Assembly: GCA_012842045.1 (NCBI GenBank)
Contig: DUTP01000003.1
Coordinates: 2,532 to 66,531 of the forward strand
DNA length: 64,000 nucleotides
From: Candidatus Dojkabacteria bacterium
GTDB taxonomy: Bacteria; Patescibacteriota; Dojkabacteria; SC72
Direction: 5' to 3'
How positions within the stretch are numbered: position 1 is the stretch's first letter; each line of letters opens with the position of its first letter. Below the pieces are notes generated by a model. That model was not told the origin of the DNA. It did not search any database and saw only the letters and a list, made by a program, of their open reading frames with translations. This document shows positions 50,001-58,440 of this stretch, piece after piece. A program made the translations under genes and the position numbers.

Positions 50001-50492
50001 CTTCTCGCCATCTTCACTAGTCATGAGTAATAACTTATCAAATGTAGCTGTTCCTGTGGTAACAGTAGGCATTGTAATATTGTCTTTTACTTTTGGAGTT
50101 TTAAAAGAGTATCCATCTCTCCACATCTTTCTGTTTGAGATAATATGAAATTCATACTCTGTATCAGGTTTTAATTCTCCTATTCGACCAATATAAAGGT
50201 TTGTTTTTGTTAAATTATCATCAAAAACAAATAAATTTTCAGATACAAATTGAAGAGCCTCTGTAGATCCTTTCTCTCTGTAAGTTAATAACTGTAGACG
50301 ATCTTCACTTGTTTTCCAGAATACCTCAGCACTATTAGGTGAAATATTTGCAACTACAACATCAAATGGTTTCTCTTTAGCTATCTCAATTAGTTTTACA
50401 TTCTCAATAAATATTAATATACCACCAACAATTAGAGATATTGCAAAAATATATTTTAAAGCAAAAAATATTTTTTTCTTTGTTGTGTTCAT
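47004..50492 (-). CDS. giant secreted protein (1162 aa): signal-anchor, FN3-like domain, Gly/Pro-rich linker, tandem Cys-rich 'GCIC' repeats
   Basis: N-terminal TM. FN3-like PFDVVVANISPNSAEVFWKTSE...YEFHI. GGGGPGGPGSRFGPP. At least 5 repeats of [IL]xDEDxxCxNxxGCIC[IMQY][YW]. Confidence 0.6.
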   Translation of the reverse strand: MNTTKKKIFFALKYIFAISLIVGGILIFIENVKLIEIAKEKPFDVVVANISPNSAEVFWKTSEDRLQLLTYREKGSTEALQFVSENLFVFDDNLTKTNLYIGRIGELKPDTEYEFHIISNRKMWRDGYSFKTPKVKDNITMPTVTTGTATFDKLLLMTSEDGEKIMINSWYVGSYAFDSQGKKYTKQEYAQISTKEILREKLNSMLVRRVYADGSAQTPGERLKLPANCLTGIEINNEAFVVSYAGSYYSWGWLKAIADRHYGRENSDSKANYVEICFNDVYCTSMESGVNPWFALTMWYQETAGSNYVAINANNTHDFGVDPGLDDLYVNFKDQLDWFIKLAKMGTLYANCGGTISEQEFLDMEEVTDKKKRRDIISDDVVRLMGEKIETNAKWGAKYKSGCDGSLFDGLKYWTKTNYHYAIITAQSEMPLSPLYLFGGAEKTTEGVENYINIGSSQDYYSGYSLIPADHNACNYSNASINLDKMLSGGESEYTEEGLEEKTVYIHPQMDPWSEEHLCQHITGCECTVVIGGLKVVGPFKVRRNEYCLDGGPWYKCWGTADWGDDGCEETKNTRTRCHQLDDEGMEWFSSEEVCKGTTKGGGGPGGPGSRFGPPSESDGGNKDCSEDPPGKADIIIGETCWDGGGCECFRSKDGEEYKGYLKEVPCGKKCKESEDDPEDIIIGDTDVICENENGCICIYPGPPERTERVELGDFCGKDGTIIRGDGKTILYITDEDQHCNNRKGCICYWLEVDPRIQKDVENKYVCLAIPPGDVVPVDRYGKEEIQMGDRYMVCENEKGCICMYSDEANTELVVKQGEACTPLPDPQIIRTILHIPLDNDLHCNDRNNCICQWDEISREPDWAVVTNKDVCKRDGSIEPKNTYGKEKLYITDEDRDCENESGCICIYPEGSGIEDKDVKIGKTCTTDGRVIETPNICCYNDNNETLSKLKPYICKEIPGEIRREIAIDYCSLNTKEYKISEGYNFINPVYVIGEQSSAPTTAHELINMSDNRVTTVALFQNGSWVKIVQLEKDSETGLYKIFGPDFPLISGNTYLVLSKARLDFKFTVKGAAIPIPLKIEDLRSGWHLIPSKTLSSDTNKTAQDILNDQEFNLMHQIAQWSMPKSHFLYTVKDNENNIFGDEIKIGNSEGVFIRIKGNSIN

Positions 50493-50753
50493 TAATTAAT
50501 AATAGCAGATTTTAAAAATGTTGTGTATGTTATGTTATAGATATTATAATTTGTTAAGATATATAGCAAATCTTTTATTGGGGAATATTAATGATAGATT
50601 TAAAGCTATACAAAATGATATTAGCCCAGGAAGCTAAAGTTATGTATTCTCTCTAGCATCGAATGAAGAGAGGGTAAGTATAGCTACATTTGCAAGAAGA
50701 GTTGGTAGAAGTTCAGAACCCGTTTTTTCTTATCTATATGGGTAAAGAATAAC

Positions 50754-51098
50754 CTATTTACACATTTTAATAGGTTCGATAAGACATTCTTTGTCTCTCG
50801 TGGTTGTAAATGTTCCACATCTCTCTCTTATCTTGTTAGTATCAGTACAAGTTAGACCTTTACCACAAATTTTTGCAACATCAGTACCACATCTTCTTCC
50901 TTTTCTTAGATACTTTACACATCTATATTGGTTAGAATCTCCTATTTGTTTACACACAGAACCGTATCTACAGTCAGTTGATTTGGGGTTGCAAATCTCC
51001 CATAACTTTTTCTTTTTATAATTACTTAGGAGAAATAATACTAGAACACTAATTAAGACTACAATTACTAACATAATGACATATTTATACTTCTTCAT
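50754..51098 (-). CDS. small secreted cysteine-rich protein (10 Cys)
   Basis: Signal-anchor VIMLVIVVLISVLVLFLL, then CNPKSTDCRYGSVCKQ...RCV...RCGTDVAKICGKGLTCT...RCG...ECL...MCK. Confidence 0.5.
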   Translation of the reverse strand: MKKYKYVIMLVIVVLISVLVLFLLSNYKKKKLWEICNPKSTDCRYGSVCKQIGDSNQYRCVKYLRKGRRCGTDVAKICGKGLTCTDTNKIRERCGTFTTTRDKECLIEPIKMCK

Positions 51099-51374
51099 TG
51101 TTGATATATTATCTCATAGGTATGGGAAATGCAAAACTCCGCGACCTTCGTCGTGTGCGAACTTATTATATACAAACTATCTATGGAGAACAAGAATAGC
51201 TAGAAATGTTGTTTTAACAGAGAAGAAAATGAGTATAACTATTTAGTCTTATTCTTAACTATAAAACATTAAGTTTAATAGTATGTGTTAGTTATTCCCA
51301 GATAAATATCAGTGTAGACAGTTATAAGATGGTTTGCTAGAGTACTTACAAGAATTATTTTAATTATTTTTAAA

Positions 51375-52556
51375 ATGGAAGAAAGTACAGATTGGTATGA
51401 CGAAGTAACTAAAGAATTAGATGACTTAGTACATAAAGGACAGGTTTATGCACAAAATCCAGTTAATTTTATACATGCAGACTGTTGGTGTGGTTCTAAT
51501 AAAAAATATAAAGATTGTCACTACAAGCAAATTGATATGGCACCAATGACCAAGGAAGATTGTCGTCTCATATTTAAAAAATATAGAAGAAAGAGTTATT
51601 CTTGTTTGTTTAATGGTTGTTCAGAAAAATCAATAAAGTCTCATTCTATTCCTTCTAGTTGGTTGTCATCTATTATAGATTCAGATAATTTTGTTTATAA
51701 TTTCCCACTAAATCTTTTTAATAGTTCTCCAGAAGAGCCTTTTGAAGTAGAGAAACTTGGGGTTTTTGAGAGTTCAACTTTTAAGGGGTTTTGTTTGGAA
51801 CATGATTCAAAATTGTTTGAAAAGATAGAAAAAGAAGGAGGTTGGGAACTAACCGATGAAAACTGTTTGCTACTTTACTACAGAAGTGTATGTTATGAAC
51901 TTTTTGCCAAATGTAGAGCAATGAGTATTTTAGAAGAAGTGAGGGGAGATATTAGTATGGGAAAAGACCCTGTTTCTCAAGTATGCATATTTGAAGTACT
52001 ATGTGGGAGAATCTTGGGAATGAAAAAAGCGGTTGAAGATTTAAGTGTTTTGAAAGATAAAATAGAGCAATATATCAAAGAAAAAGATTTCAGTGTCGTT
52101 TCTTATACATATATCCCCATAGAGAGTCCAATAAACATAATGGCTAGTGGAATTCATCATCCAGAACAGACATTTGAAGGAAGAGATTTGCAGAATCTGG
52201 CAGAAGATAATTTGATGAATATGTCCTGTATTGTAGGGCAGAATGGGGAGGAGGAATTTGTTTTATTCATAAGCATAGATGAGAATGATGAAAGAGCTGC
52301 AAGATTTCATAAGGATTTATTAACTTGTGATAATTTAGGTAATCGCATAGTAATTTATCTTCTTGAGACAACTGAAAATTTGTTTTGGAGAATTTCTGAT
52401 TGGGATCATTTAACAAATACTCAAAAAGACAAGGTGTATAGTATCTTAGGAGGTTCAGTTAATAGTGATATCTTGGAATACTCAAAAGAGGATTTTATTA
52501 CTGGTATAGAATCCTTTGCTACAAAGGACTCTAAAATACAACAAAAGATTGTTTAA
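51375..52556 (+). CDS. hypothetical protein with N-terminal SEC-C metal-binding motif
   Basis: CWCGSNKKYKDCHY matches the SEC-C motif (CxCGSxxKYKxCH). Confidence 0.5.
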   Translation: MEESTDWYDEVTKELDDLVHKGQVYAQNPVNFIHADCWCGSNKKYKDCHYKQIDMAPMTKEDCRLIFKKYRRKSYSCLFNGCSEKSIKSHSIPSSWLSSIIDSDNFVYNFPLNLFNSSPEEPFEVEKLGVFESSTFKGFCLEHDSKLFEKIEKEGGWELTDENCLLLYYRSVCYELFAKCRAMSILEEVRGDISMGKDPVSQVCIFEVLCGRILGMKKAVEDLSVLKDKIEQYIKEKDFSVVSYTYIPIESPINIMASGIHHPEQTFEGRDLQNLAEDNLMNMSCIVGQNGEEEFVLFISIDENDERAARFHKDLLTCDNLGNRIVIYLLETTENLFWRISDWDHLTNTQKDKVYSILGGSVNSDILEYSKEDFITGIESFATKDSKIQQKIV

Positions 52557-52606
52557 TTCAGAGATGTTGTTATTTTTTTAGTTGAGCATTCTTTTGTTTT
52601 CTGTTC

Positions 52607-53107
52607 TTACCTTTCTTTGTGTCCTATCTTTTCCTCTGTCAAATCTTTGGAAATTTCTTTCTTTATTTCTTTTTTGGTTTTAAATAATTTATACAGTAGA
52701 ATAAATACAAGAATAGATGGTCTACCACCTCCAAACAGAGATAAAAGAACTATAATTATTGAATAAATAATTAGAAAGGTAATAATTCTTTTTATTTTGC
52801 CTGTGTCAGTATCACCTATCTTTCTCATTCGTATTCCACTAACAAGCATAGGTATAAAGAAAATTATAATTAACAAAGCAGCTAGTATAGAACTTCCTTT
52901 TATAAAGAGCATATATAAAGGTAAGATTACAATCTGGATAATAGAATAACCTATTGTAAGATTAGCAAGACTAAGGATGCTTTTCTTAATTGTGTCTTGA
53001 GTAGTAGATTGGGTAATCTTCTTCTTAGAGGTGGGTTTGTCATTCTCATCTAGATGTAAGATGTGTGTTATCCCATCTTTCTCTATCTTCACATCTCTGT
53101 TTTCCAT
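52607..53107 (-). CDS. small hypothetical membrane protein
   Basis: 166 aa with ~3 TM helices. Start codon lies inside the repeated sequence of the structured leader. Confidence 0.45.
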   Translation of the reverse strand: MENRDVKIEKDGITHILHLDENDKPTSKKKITQSTTQDTIKKSILSLANLTIGYSIIQIVILPLYMLFIKGSSILAALLIIIFFIPMLVSGIRMRKIGDTDTGKIKRIITFLIIYSIIIVLLSLFGGGRPSILVFILLYKLFKTKKEIKKEISKDLTEEKIGHKER

Positions 53108-53266
53108 TGGTGTGGTTTTTAAATTTTAGCTGTCTTCTAGAGACCACAAATGGTCTCCCGCTCACCGACAGTCCCTTTCGGAACCATCCATAAACCTTTC
53201 GGCTTATGACCACACCAATGGCTAGCGAGACAGAAGACCATCTCTGCATTGGTGTGGTTTTTGTGC
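53104..53266 (-). ncRNA. GC-rich structured RNA element with mutually exclusive pairings (riboswitch/attenuator-like; strand uncertain)
   Basis: ~50% GC island in a 33% GC genome. Direct repeats ccattggtgtggttttt (53104-53120) and cattggtgtggttttt (53247-53262). The intervening gaccacaccaatgg (53208-53221) can pair with either copy. GAAA-capped hairpins lie between. Confidence 0.4.
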
Positions 53267-53561
53267 CATACCTACAAAAGTAGGGTTAGGCTATTCAATT
53301 GTTCCAGATTATAGCATTTTCTTTAGAAAAAAGTACAAAAAAACAAATAATAAACATATGCTGTAAAACACAACCAAAACCCTCGCCCCAACTTGCTTTT
53401 GATTATTTCCATGTTAAACAAAAATCTTGGAGAATCTTGGAATATGTTGGAAAATGTTGGTATATGTGAACTGGGTGAAATAACAGCTTTTAAGGGGTTG
53501 TAAGGCTGTTTAAACAGTTGATTACAAGCAAGCGGTGTGTTTATATGTTAAAATCTATTGA

Positions 53562-53795
53562 ATGAAAAGATTTGGTAAATCTTCTAAAAAAGAAAAGGAA
53601 GATTTTGGACTAAGAGGGTTCTTTAAGGCTGTTAAAGACATACTAGATAATCCTCAATTCACAATACGATATTCAAAAGGTAAAAAAGACATAACAGGAC
53701 ATGCTTATACAGAAGCTTCAGTAGGTGATGACCTGAATGTTGAGCATACACCAAAAGGAGAAACAAAAAGTAAAGTTATAAAAGTAGATAAATGA
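53562..53795 (+). CDS. small basic protein translationally coupled to the serine recombinase (possible directionality factor/accessory)
   Basis: 77 aa. ATGA overlap with the recombinase start at 53792. Confidence 0.35.
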   Translation: MKRFGKSSKKEKEDFGLRGFFKAVKDILDNPQFTIRYSKGKKDITGHAYTEASVGDDLNVEHTPKGETKSKVIKVDK

Positions 53796-55387
53796 ACAAT
53801 GCAGACACCAAGAAAATTAAGGTGTTGGCATATCTAAGGAAATCAACAGAAGATAACAAAGAGGGGGAGGCTAGAAGGCAAAAAAATTCAATAGAGTATC
53901 AAAGAGAGGTAGTAAAAGAAATTGCTGAGAGAAACAATTTGGAAATTGTACGATATTTTGAAGATAGTAAAACTGGGTATAAAGCTTTTCAAAGAGAAGG
54001 GTTTGATAAGATGTTAGAATTCTTCAGAGAACAAAAACATGAAGGTGTTGTCAAAGGGATAGTTTGTTCTGAACATAACAGATTAGCTAGAAATTTTGGA
54101 GATGGAGGGTTTTTGTTGTGGTATTTACAAGATGGGTTAATAAACACCATATATACATATGACAAGATCTTCACCAATTCAGCTAGTGACCAGATGATGT
54201 TGGCTATAAACTTTGCTATGTCAAAACATTCTAGCGATGAAACAAGTTGGAGAACAAAAAGAACATGGAGTCATAGAGCACATACAGAAGGACAACCACC
54301 AAATCAGCATTTAGCAGGATATAAATATACAGGTGAAAAAGGGAAGAGATTTTGGACAGTTGACAAAAAGAATGCTCCTATCGTCAAAGAAATGTTTGAG
54401 AGGTTTGCAACAGGTGAGTATACAGTAAGTGAAATTTTTGATTATGCTGTATCAGAAGGTTTAACAAGTCCTAAAAGCAAGAAAACATATGATTCAGAGA
54501 AATCAATAAGAGGGCTATTAAAGAAAAAAGAATATACAGGAATATTTATGTATGAAGGTGAGGAAATAAAAGGGAAGTATCCACCTCTTATTAGCTCCGA
54601 ACTATTTTACAAGGTGCAAGAAGTGTTGTCGGGAACAGCACATCCTAAGACACAAGGCAAGAATGAATATGCTTATACTGGCTTAGTAAAGTGTGGTGTT
54701 TGTGGTGGGAATATGTCTGGGACTATTAGAAAAGGAATAACATATTACAGATGTCTTCATCGTTATGAACCTTGTAAGAGTAATAAAGGACAACGACCTT
54801 CTTATCTAAGAGAAACTCTTATAGATGAAGAAATTACTGAACTGTTACTAAAGATTCAGGTTTCTGACAAACAGTTTAATAAGCTAATTCCTTATGTATC
54901 TGACTTTTTTGAAGATGAGAAGTCTAAATACAGATATGAGATAATTCAACTCAAGGGCAAGCTTACAGAGGCACAAAGAAATTTAGATTTTTACAATAAA
55001 GAGTTATTCACAATAAAAAGAGTTCCCGAAAAGGAAAGAGATAAAGATTGGTTAATGGATAAAGAAGGTTTAGAAGGGCTTAGAGAAAATGCTCATCAAG
55101 AAAAAGAGATGTATGAGAGACAGATTTCTAAAGCGGAAAACTTAAAAGATACAGTTCCAACTTTAATGTTTAATTTCCTTAAGGGAATAAAAATTGTTGG
55201 TAGTAGATTTAAAACAGCTTCACCCTCTAATAAGCGACAGATTGTAGATACTCTTTGCGCGAACTTTAAGTGGAATGGCAAAGAACTAAGCTGGGAGTGG
55301 AAAAAACCATACCACCTACTTACAAATTCTAATGAAAAAAGAAGATGGCTCCGCGACCAGGACTCGAACCTGGAACCGAACGGTTAA
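53792..55387 (+). CDS. large serine recombinase (phage-integrase type)
   Basis: N-terminal resolvase domain KVLAYLRKSTEDN. Recombinase domain. Zinc ribbon CGVCGGNMSG...YYRCLHRYEPC. Coiled-coil. The last 14 codons run into tRNA-Asn on the opposite strand. Confidence 0.8.
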   Translation: MNNADTKKIKVLAYLRKSTEDNKEGEARRQKNSIEYQREVVKEIAERNNLEIVRYFEDSKTGYKAFQREGFDKMLEFFREQKHEGVVKGIVCSEHNRLARNFGDGGFLLWYLQDGLINTIYTYDKIFTNSASDQMMLAINFAMSKHSSDETSWRTKRTWSHRAHTEGQPPNQHLAGYKYTGEKGKRFWTVDKKNAPIVKEMFERFATGEYTVSEIFDYAVSEGLTSPKSKKTYDSEKSIRGLLKKKEYTGIFMYEGEEIKGKYPPLISSELFYKVQEVLSGTAHPKTQGKNEYAYTGLVKCGVCGGNMSGTIRKGITYYRCLHRYEPCKSNKGQRPSYLRETLIDEEITELLLKIQVSDKQFNKLIPYVSDFFEDEKSKYRYEIIQLKGKLTEAQRNLDFYNKELFTIKRVPEKERDKDWLMDKEGLEGLRENAHQEKEMYERQISKAENLKDTVPTLMFNFLKGIKIVGSRFKTASPSNKRQIVDTLCANFKWNGKELSWEWKKPYHLLTNSNEKRRWLRDQDSNLEPNG

Positions 55388-55420
55388 CAGCCGTTTGCTC
55401 TACCATTGAGCTATCGCGGA
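55346..55420 (-). tRNA. tRNA-Asn (anticodon GTT), CCA encoded
   Basis: Reverse complement TCCGCGATAGCTCAATGGTAGAGCAAACGGCTGTTAACCGTTCGGTTCCAGGTTCGAGTCCTGGTCGCGGAGCCA. Confidence 0.85.
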
Positions 55421-55527
55421 TTAACAGTACCCATTATATCCCTCACTTTAATTTTCTGCAATAGTGAGTATACAGAGAAGATGTTTTAGTATAAAATGGA
55501 TATATATAATATTAGATATAATATTCT

Positions 55528-56097
55528 ATGAAGTTAGAAGATGTAAGGTTTACATTCCTAGGTATGGATTCTAGTGAAGCAATGAAGAACTATGCTTTAG
55601 AGAAACTTTCTAAAAGAGAAGACCTTTTAGAAAATGCAATTTCTTTAGAGGTAGCTTTTAAAGAACAAGTGACTAATAGGGGGACTAAGGAAGATTTTAG
55701 AGTAGATATTTCAGTAGATTTACCAGAAACACCAATTAGAGTAACAGAGAGAGGTGAGGATATGTATGCTAATATTGATTTTGCAGTAGATACATTAGTA
55801 AGAAGATTAACAAGGTATTCAGATAGGAAGGAGCACTGGAGTGGTGGTAAATCATGGGAGGTGTTAGATGCTAAAGAACCAGAAGAAGAACATATAGATG
55901 ATTATTCTGATTATGTACCAAAGATTGCAAAAAGAAAAAAGATAGAAGATATGTCTCCACTAGAGGAGGGTGAGGCAATTGAAAGGATGGAGATGTTAGG
56001 TTATGACTCATATCTTTTTAGAAGTAACAAGACAGATAAGATATCTCTGGTATACAAAAGAAAGGATGGTTCTTACGGTATTGTAGAACCTGCTTAA
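55528..56097 (+). CDS. hpf: ribosome hibernation promoting factor (long HPF/RaiA family)
   Basis: MKLEDVRFTFLGMDSSEAMKNYALEKLSKRE N-terminal domain plus C-terminal dimerisation domain. Confidence 0.7.
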   Translation: MKLEDVRFTFLGMDSSEAMKNYALEKLSKREDLLENAISLEVAFKEQVTNRGTKEDFRVDISVDLPETPIRVTERGEDMYANIDFAVDTLVRRLTRYSDRKEHWSGGKSWEVLDAKEPEEEHIDDYSDYVPKIAKRKKIEDMSPLEEGEAIERMEMLGYDSYLFRSNKTDKISLVYKRKDGSYGIVEPA

Positions 56098-56107
56098 TTG
56101 TTAAAAA

Positions 56108-56135
56108 ATATCAGGGAATTTTACTTCCCTGATAT
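56108..56135. terminator. bidirectional terminator hairpin
   Basis: ATATCAGGGAA ttttac TTCCCTGATAT: 11-bp stem, between convergent genes. Confidence 0.45.
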
Positions 56136-56160
56136 TCTTAATCGTATTTACTAAACCTTA

Positions 56161-57018
56161 TTACTTCTTCTTTGTTAGTAGATTTCTAATGATTGTTAAG
56201 AAACCATACTTTGGTTGTTCAATACTATTATCTTGGACAACATACTCCTCTTTCTTTCCACTTAACCATTCTGCCTGTTTTTCTTGTACTTTTGTTGTAA
56301 TAAATCTAGCCTTAGTTTCATCTTTGTATTTCTCATAATCCAATTTTTCACCTTCTTTAAGTGCTGCTGCCTCTGTTGGGAATAGCATAGTGCCATACTG
56401 GTCAAAGAATGCTTTTAGTTCTTCTTCGGTATAGGTAATGCTAGGACCGATAACTTTATCATATAGAGCTTGTACTTCAATTTGATCCTTAATTTCCTCT
56501 TCTGTAATATTACTTGCTGTAAGAGCAGCTTCGTATGCTTCTTGTCCACCAATTCTCTGGATAATACTATCTAATTCTTTCTGTATATCCTCTTTAGATA
56601 CAGTAACCTTTGCTTTCTTACTTTCCTGTTTAATGATTTCATCATTAATCAATGTTTGAGCAATAGAAGAGCCATAGTATTTTTCAAGAAGATCATGCCA
56701 TTTATGTTTTGATATTCTTTTCCCATTAACAACTGCTACACTGTAACTGTTATTTAGGTACTGTACTCCTAGGTCTGCAAGAGCAAGAATACCTATTATT
56801 ACTATTACAAAGACAACAACCTTTGTAACCAGTTTTAAGATTGGATTGTCAGCAATCTTCTTTATCTCCACCTTTTTCTTGACAACCTTTTCTACCTTTT
56901 TAACTGTAGTCTTAGGCTTAGTAGTTGCCTTTTTTACAGTCTTTGTTGGAGACTTAGCAGTACTCTTTTTGGGCATGCTTTTTGTTTTTGTTGTAGTACT
57001 TTTTTTCGTTCTAGCCAT
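56161..57018 (-). CDS. membrane-anchored protein with Lys-rich histone-like N-terminus and SurA/PpiD-like chaperone region
   Basis: KKSTTTKTKSMPKKSTAKSPTKTVKK... then TM VVFVIVIIGILALA. No PPIase signature seen. Confidence 0.35.
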   Translation of the reverse strand: MARTKKSTTTKTKSMPKKSTAKSPTKTVKKATTKPKTTVKKVEKVVKKKVEIKKIADNPILKLVTKVVVFVIVIIGILALADLGVQYLNNSYSVAVVNGKRISKHKWHDLLEKYYGSSIAQTLINDEIIKQESKKAKVTVSKEDIQKELDSIIQRIGGQEAYEAALTASNITEEEIKDQIEVQALYDKVIGPSITYTEEELKAFFDQYGTMLFPTEAAALKEGEKLDYEKYKDETKARFITTKVQEKQAEWLSGKKEEYVVQDNSIEQPKYGFLTIIRNLLTKKK

Positions 57019-57100
57019 TTATATATATGTTAAATAAATTATATTATGTCTAACAGTTTATCAAAATTATGGGGAGTTAGCAAAGTGTAGGGGAGGAGTT

Positions 57101-58432
57101 TTATCTTAAATGTAAGTATAAAGAGGCTTCTCCATTACCATGATCGACTATTACATATTTTCCTCCACAAGCATCTGTTTGAACTTTTGTTACCTTCCCA
57201 TCTTTTATAGGGGTTATAGGTGTACCTTCTCCATTGAGTTTTCCTACATATCCTGCTGGTATAGGTGGAAAGTTATAACAAACAACTGCTTTCTTAAGAG
57301 TGTATTCTCCACCACTTAAACTCCCTACCATATCTATTGCATAATGAGAGTTTGCACTATTGTAATTCTGTGTAAGAATAGCTCCTTCACCTAAAGGAAC
57401 TCTTGCACTACCATTGTACAGTTTTCCATAAATTGTACCCCCACGGAAATATCCCAGACCAATAGGGTCTACTCTTTTTCCATTTTTCCAAAGTTCAAAG
57501 TGTAGGTGTGATCCATAACTGTATCCTGTATGTCCTTGATATCCTAATACTGACTTTCCAGCTTTCACAGGAGTATTAGCAGGTATAATACCTGATTGGA
57601 AATTTTCCATAGCCAATGCTGACAGTAGGTTTGTTGCTGCACTTTCTCGGTCGATTAGAACTTTAAGTTCTGCTGCTAATCTTACTTCACGTGTTTTTAC
57701 TTGCGAGAGCAGTGATTCTCTTTCTTTCTGTTGGGCTTTTAAGGATAACTTTTGTTCTCCTAATTCAACTCTTTCTTCTTCAACCTTTTCTCTCTTGGTT
57801 TCAACTTCTTCTTTTTTATCATTTAAGATATTTTCTTCTTGAGTTAAAGCTATTGTTTTTGCTGTGTGTTTACCTAAGATTGCTCTGTCTTGTGTTCTTG
57901 TCGTCCTTAAGTATTTTACTCGCCTAAGTATGTCTGAAATGTTCTTAAAATCAAGTAAATACTCAAATTGGTTAACAAATGAGTACTTATACATTTCTGT
58001 TATTCTCTCATTTACAGTATTACTTAAAACTCCAACTTCTAATTTTAAAACTGAAATTGCATCTTCCTTCTCTTTAATCTCTTTCTCTAAGATATTAATC
58101 TCGATATCGGTAGCAGATATTTCCAATTGTAACTTTTTTATTTCATTTTCAGTCTGTTCTATCAAGGTGTTGGTATACAGGATCTTTTCCTCTAAAGATA
58201 GTTTTTGATATTCAACTCCTTGTAGTTCTTTTTGTACACGGTTTTTCTGTGTTGTGATTTTTGTTAACTCATTTTGTAGGTAATAGTAGCACTCCAATGA
58301 ATTGGGATCCATATTTGCAGGACACTTAATTTGTGCTAGTACCCTCTTTTGTCCAAACCCAGCCAAAAATCCAAACAAAACAACAGTTAGGAATATTACT
58401 CCAATTGTAATAACTAACCTCCTTCTCTTCAT
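57101..58432 (-). CDS. M23 (LytM) family peptidase with N-terminal coiled-coil (EnvC-like)
   Basis: HTGYSYGSHLHFELWKNGKRVDP (HxH). C-terminal DHGNGEASLYLHLR. Long coiled-coil. Confidence 0.7.
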   Translation of the reverse strand: MKRRRLVITIGVIFLTVVLFGFLAGFGQKRVLAQIKCPANMDPNSLECYYYLQNELTKITTQKNRVQKELQGVEYQKLSLEEKILYTNTLIEQTENEIKKLQLEISATDIEINILEKEIKEKEDAISVLKLEVGVLSNTVNERITEMYKYSFVNQFEYLLDFKNISDILRRVKYLRTTRTQDRAILGKHTAKTIALTQEENILNDKKEEVETKREKVEEERVELGEQKLSLKAQQKERESLLSQVKTREVRLAAELKVLIDRESAATNLLSALAMENFQSGIIPANTPVKAGKSVLGYQGHTGYSYGSHLHFELWKNGKRVDPIGLGYFRGGTIYGKLYNGSARVPLGEGAILTQNYNSANSHYAIDMVGSLSGGEYTLKKAVVCYNFPPIPAGYVGKLNGEGTPITPIKDGKVTKVQTDACGGKYVIVDHGNGEASLYLHLR

Positions 58433-58440
58433 ATCAATAA

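Noticed and set aside
51137-51146. 10-bp att-like repeat as a firm element boundary
   Set aside because: Kept only as tentative in findings. 10 bp is short and serine integrases do not need long repeats. Not annotated as a feature.
53046-53249. 67-aa ORF in the GC-rich island
   Set aside because: It lies entirely within a repeat-bounded structured RNA region, has an Arg/Trp-rich composition typical of spurious GC-rich frames, and overlaps the start of the opposite-strand gene.
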